The position numbers and the translations under genes are program-made. Shown piece by piece: positions 59,603 to 64,000 of a stretch of DNA of 64,000 bases (position 1 is its first letter; each line of letters starts with the position of its first letter). The DNA is taken from NCBI GenBank assembly GCA_030390025.1, contig CM059432.1, positions 85,500,001-85,564,000 on the forward strand. The letters run 5' to 3'. The notes under the pieces are model-generated. The model searched no databases, had not been told where the DNA came from, and saw only the letters and a list, made by a program, of their open reading frames with translations. The DNA is from Squalus acanthias (taxonomy: Eukaryota).

Positions 59603-61938
59603 AAGGTTTTTCCCTACTTCCCCAACGAACTGAACAGATTACTTAAATTAGGACAACTGTGCTCCCACGCCTATTCCATATACTGATGGGTGATAAGATA
59701 AAGTGTTGCTAAATATAATGTGACTGATGAATATATATGCATTCAAAGAAAAGTACAGAAATCATTCAAATAATTATCCTTTTCAAAAGAACTCATTTGC
59801 AGTCATTGGGCTAGAAATTGGATCACGCCCGATTAGGCACACACATTACTTGTGGGGCCTATCAACCACAGCACAAGAATAAAATGGAAATTTATTCACC
59901 CTCTGGGAGATAACATTGAAAGCATTCTGTATAGCCATTGTCCTTTTGTACACACTCTTTTACTGTGCCTGAGCCGCATGGCACATTTCTTTTGAAGATA
60001 GAGGTGGCAGCCAAAGGAGGAATTTTAACTCCCCCTGCCTAGCAGAAACCGGGCGGAGCTGGTGTGGGTCAATTTCCCACTCCATTCCCACCCTGTGATG
60101 ATTTCAATACCGCTGCTTTTTCAAACGGTTAAAGCACTCGCTTGAATCAGGCAAAAGCATTGTGCATTTATGCAAATTAGAGTCTTACGACAGCCATAGA
60201 ACTCCAATAGCGCTTTAATCATTGACTGAGTGGCGCACCCACGGCAGCCACCCCGCTCAGTAAAACCTGGTCTGCAGGATAAAGAGGCTCTGTACGGTAA
60301 GTTAAATATTACAGTACTTTGTTGGCCCAGGAAGAACAGGACCTCACAAGGAACGTCTGGGCCTCTTCTGATACATGTGTGCACTGTGGACTGCCTGGTG
60401 TGCCAGATGCCTCCTGGGGTGACTTGGAAGGATGTGCTAGCAGGAAAGCTTCATTATGTGATAACCTTATCTGGGAAGCACTGTTCCTGATCTAGATATT
60501 GCGCGCAGATTGTTGTGTAGGTGGTACAACTCTGTGGCAGGCTGTCTTGTGAAGTGGAGGCAGAGAACACAGGAGGCAGTGCAGGCACTGGGATAGTTAT
60601 GCTTATGGCTAGAACACCTCAGGGATTGTTCCATTTGCATTTTTTGACCCCTCACAAACTCCTCTTCATCATCTCAGTTACACAGCATGTTCAGAACTCC
60701 AGAGGAATACCTGTCCTCACCTCTTTATAAGTTGTCATGTCAAAGCCATTCTACAGTAACGATTAAAACTATTGATGGGGCGAAAAAAATAAAAATGTAG
60801 GAATTCCCTGAAAAATCAACTAATGAACAGGACAAAATTCAGCAAAGGAAAATTCAAACCACACAAAAAAAACTTACCTTCTTGCTTTAAGAGGCCTACT
60901 TCAGTGTGAGCTTCCCCGAATTCCCGTGCTCATGTTCTGGACAGAGTCTCGCCTGATGTCGTGAAATTCAGCAGAGGACCTTCTTGCCTTTATTTAAATA
61001 TGTATATGAGACCCATGCATGCCAATACTACAGCTTCTAAAATGGGACCAAATGGTGCCTCATAAAATTAAGTGTGCAATGCATCGGGCAAGCAAGGTTA
61101 CATGCCCAATTTTATGACCTTCACCTGCGGAATACAAGGTCCCACTGGTGTTGTTGGACCTCTGAAAATTTACGCTGATATCATCACATCTGTTTTCGAG
61201 GTATTAAGAATAAACTTCTGAAGTATCGCCAGACAAAATATTGTGATGACCAGAAAAGTGGTATGATAAAGCTGATATCTGTGCAGACGGTGGTTCTAAT
61301 TTTTATTAATGTTATTTTGAGCTCATTCTCAAAAAATATATTTAAATTAAAATATGGGAAGGCCTGATGACCTAGAGAGCATTATGGTGGTTGATACGTA
61401 AAGTGCATCAGTCAATGGGTATCAGAAGCATGGAGTGGAACATGGGAGATACCAAAAATATAATGGAAGATATGGGAAGAGCCAGTGGCATGAGGAGAAT
61501 ATCTGGGATTGAAAGACATAGAATGAGATCAGAGGTAAATATACTCCTACCAAGAGTAATTAAGAGAAGAAATGTAGATGTGTTTCAGTGGGAATTCCAT
61601 TTTTGATAAATGTAATATTTTGCATGATATCCTATTATAGACTAGGCAGTGCTTGTGTCCAAAACTTTACACTGTTTTTGGTTTGAACTTACTTAAACAT
61701 GAGGTTGCATTAAATATTTTTCATTATTAATTTTGTAAAATATATAAATAAATATTTGGAAAATTTGCAACTAAAATAAATTGTTTTTATACAGGATGTA
61801 TTTGAGGTTTAATGTAGTAAAGAAATACACCAAAGGAAGGCAATGATCACAGACTAGGAACACTAATTCAGCTAAAAAAAAATTGTAACAACAGATGCAA
61901 CAAAGTCACTGCATTATCTATCACGTCATTGTACTCAC

Positions 61939-62110
61939 CCCAGTGTATAAACTGGGCAAAATGACAAGACACTTTTCCATGGCAACACCACCCCTTTAAA
62001 GACTAGGTTCAGCATTGTTATTATCATCAGTGCAGCAATGATCAACTGATACAGTTTTTCCATTTCTATAAATTGACCAGAGACTAATGTTATCAAGTAG
62101 CTGAATTCTC
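61939..62110 (-). other. Candidate host exon (172 nt), gene unidentified
   Basis: Pyrimidine tract plus ACAG acceptor, GTGAGT donor, and one open frame encoding a hydrophobic stretch (MEKLYQLIIAALMIITMLNLVFKG). Confidence 0.35.
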
Positions 62111-64000
62111 CTGTCATTTGAAACAAGAAGTTAAAAGAGGCATTTTGGTTGGCACATCAGATGTGTAATTAATGAGCATTCCTGCTAGAGTTCACTGTTG
62201 TTTACTGTTATAATCATACAGTTACACCACAGAGAAAGCAGATAATTTCCATTGGTCTTGTGAGTAGCTCTTCAACTGCTTGTGCACACTCACTGCAGTG
62301 ATACTGCATCTTTCACCAAAGGTACAGTAACAAAAATAAACAAAGTGGAAGGTATCCAATTTGAAATTATGCTAAACTGTGTTTCAAATTACTCATGTTG
62401 ATGAAATAATAATACAGATGTAGACACCTTACTTAGATTTGCATAATGTGGTAACAAAGAAAATTCCAATGTCTGCGCTGATTAAAGTGCAAGGCTCTGC
62501 TGTGTAGTTTAATCAGCCCAAGCTCCCTATTCCAACACAAACATAAAATACAACATACTAAAATGTTGTTATTGCCATTAGTAGCTAAATTTGAAGCAGC
62601 AAGCTTCAAATATAACTGTGATCTTAAAAGCCATTGGGGAGAAACAAAGTACAGAGAAGTCACTACTGCCAGAAAGCTGTATTTGAAGAAAGTGATGTTG
62701 GAAAGAGTTAGCCAGCAGTAATTAAGTGTGATAATGGCCATTTTGTGTGTTTCTGCCATGGACTAATACCCACTGGTTAACCCAATCAGATGGCAGTTTC
62801 CTTAACCCATTTGCATCATGTTCAATGTTGATTAAGGCGGCAGGACAAATCTGACCAGCACCAGCTCTGACACGTGCACAGAGCTCACGTCTTTCTGGTG
62901 TTCATTTTTATTAATTTTGTTTTAACATTCAAAAAATTTGCTACAAAGTTTTAGAAATTCCCAAGTGTTCGAACAGATTATTTAACTACTCCAACTGTGT
63001 CTTTAGACTGAGCTAGAGTTATACTGCAGCTGGTGGGAATTCAGAAAACCTTCCAGTGGGGTCTCACACCACATGGATTTAATGCACTCAGCTGTTAGAT
63101 CGGGTAACTCCTGAGCTATGCTACCACTTTTCGCATCCTGAGACCACATTGCATCAATGCAAAAGTTGCAGTATAACTGTTCCCTAGCAGAGCCTTTATT
63201 TTCAGTTTTACCCCAAAGTGCCCCATTTTAAGATTAAGCATGTTAGAATATTAATTCTGACACTCGGTAAATCGATATTATTGTAGTTATTGAACCATGG
63301 ACATTAGCTCTTTATCAGAACTCAGGCTTTTACTGCTTATTAATAGCCGCTGTCTCATCCAATAGGAATGTAAAGATTCAGTAATCTGTAATATGCCTTA
63401 ACATTTGCCAGTCCTCATGAGACTCCTTCAGAAAATTGCTTCATTGAGTTCTTTATTATCAACATTTTAATGAAATGTCACATTCAGATAGATAAATGCT
63501 GTGTTACTACATTTGTGATTAATAGTTCAAGCGTCTGATCTGTTTTTAAAAGCTGCTGTGAATGGGAATTAGGCCTGAATGGGAACACTGGGACCAAATA
63601 TCCGCAGGGTCTGACATCCTGACCAAAGTGCAGAGATACACCTGTTTGGAACCTCCACTGCTGCTGACTGCCAGATTTTTTGGGGTCGGGGTTGGTTCCC
63701 TCATTAGCATTTCAGTGATGAGTTCCATGCCACTACAAAAGCATCACGGACACCTGCCAGAAGAAGGGGACAAGAAATGCAGCACTGACCAGCCTCTTGC
63801 TGCCCCACCAGCACCATCAGTCCAAAAGCGGGCAAAGGTTTCTAAAGGGGTAGAAAAAACTTTTGTACAAAATTTTCAGGGGTCCAAACTGTGTCTCAGG
63901 CCTGGATTCCCAGGGTGGCTCCCAGTTCTGCTGACCAGCAGGCCAGTATGCCTCTTCTGACCAAGTGTACCAGCCTGCTAACAAATCCCAGACTGAGACC

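Noticed and set aside
62433..62759. 108-aa minus-strand ORF or conserved non-coding element
   Set aside because: No recognisable protein features, and conservation cannot be assessed from this sequence alone.
63562..63960. 132-aa ORF at the window end
   Set aside because: No recognisable domain. It looks like decayed repeat sequence and runs to the window edge.

Overview
Repeat-dense vertebrate genomic DNA, most likely from a cartilaginous fish (inferred from the CR1 LINE, DeuSINE, PIF/Harbinger and Penelope-type repeat content). No host protein-coding gene can be named with confidence. The standout feature is a 6.4-kb endogenous foamy-like (spuma-like) retrovirus on the minus strand at 29769-36212. 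It has a 4-bp AGGC target-site duplication, TG...CA termini, a 1455-bp 3' LTR, a truncated 5' LTR (about 18 mismatches in 1091 bp by eye) and a polypurine tract. It retains foamy-like Gag capsid, protease, RNase H and integrase sequence. RT, most of env, the PBS and the gag N-terminus are deleted. The capsid part of gag is inverted within a multi-step microhomology rearrangement. gag and pol are in one reading frame, separated by a single TGA followed by a GC-rich hairpin, which suggests readthrough rather than the spliced pol mRNA of mammalian foamy viruses. The rest of the window is nested CR1 copies, two-gene PIF/Harbinger transposons (Myb/SANT plus DDE transposase) with several MITE families, DeuSINE, L2 and Penelope-type fragments (one with a hammerhead ribozyme motif), and two weak candidate host exons. 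All alignments and counts were made by eye, and family similarities are from recall rather than database searches.
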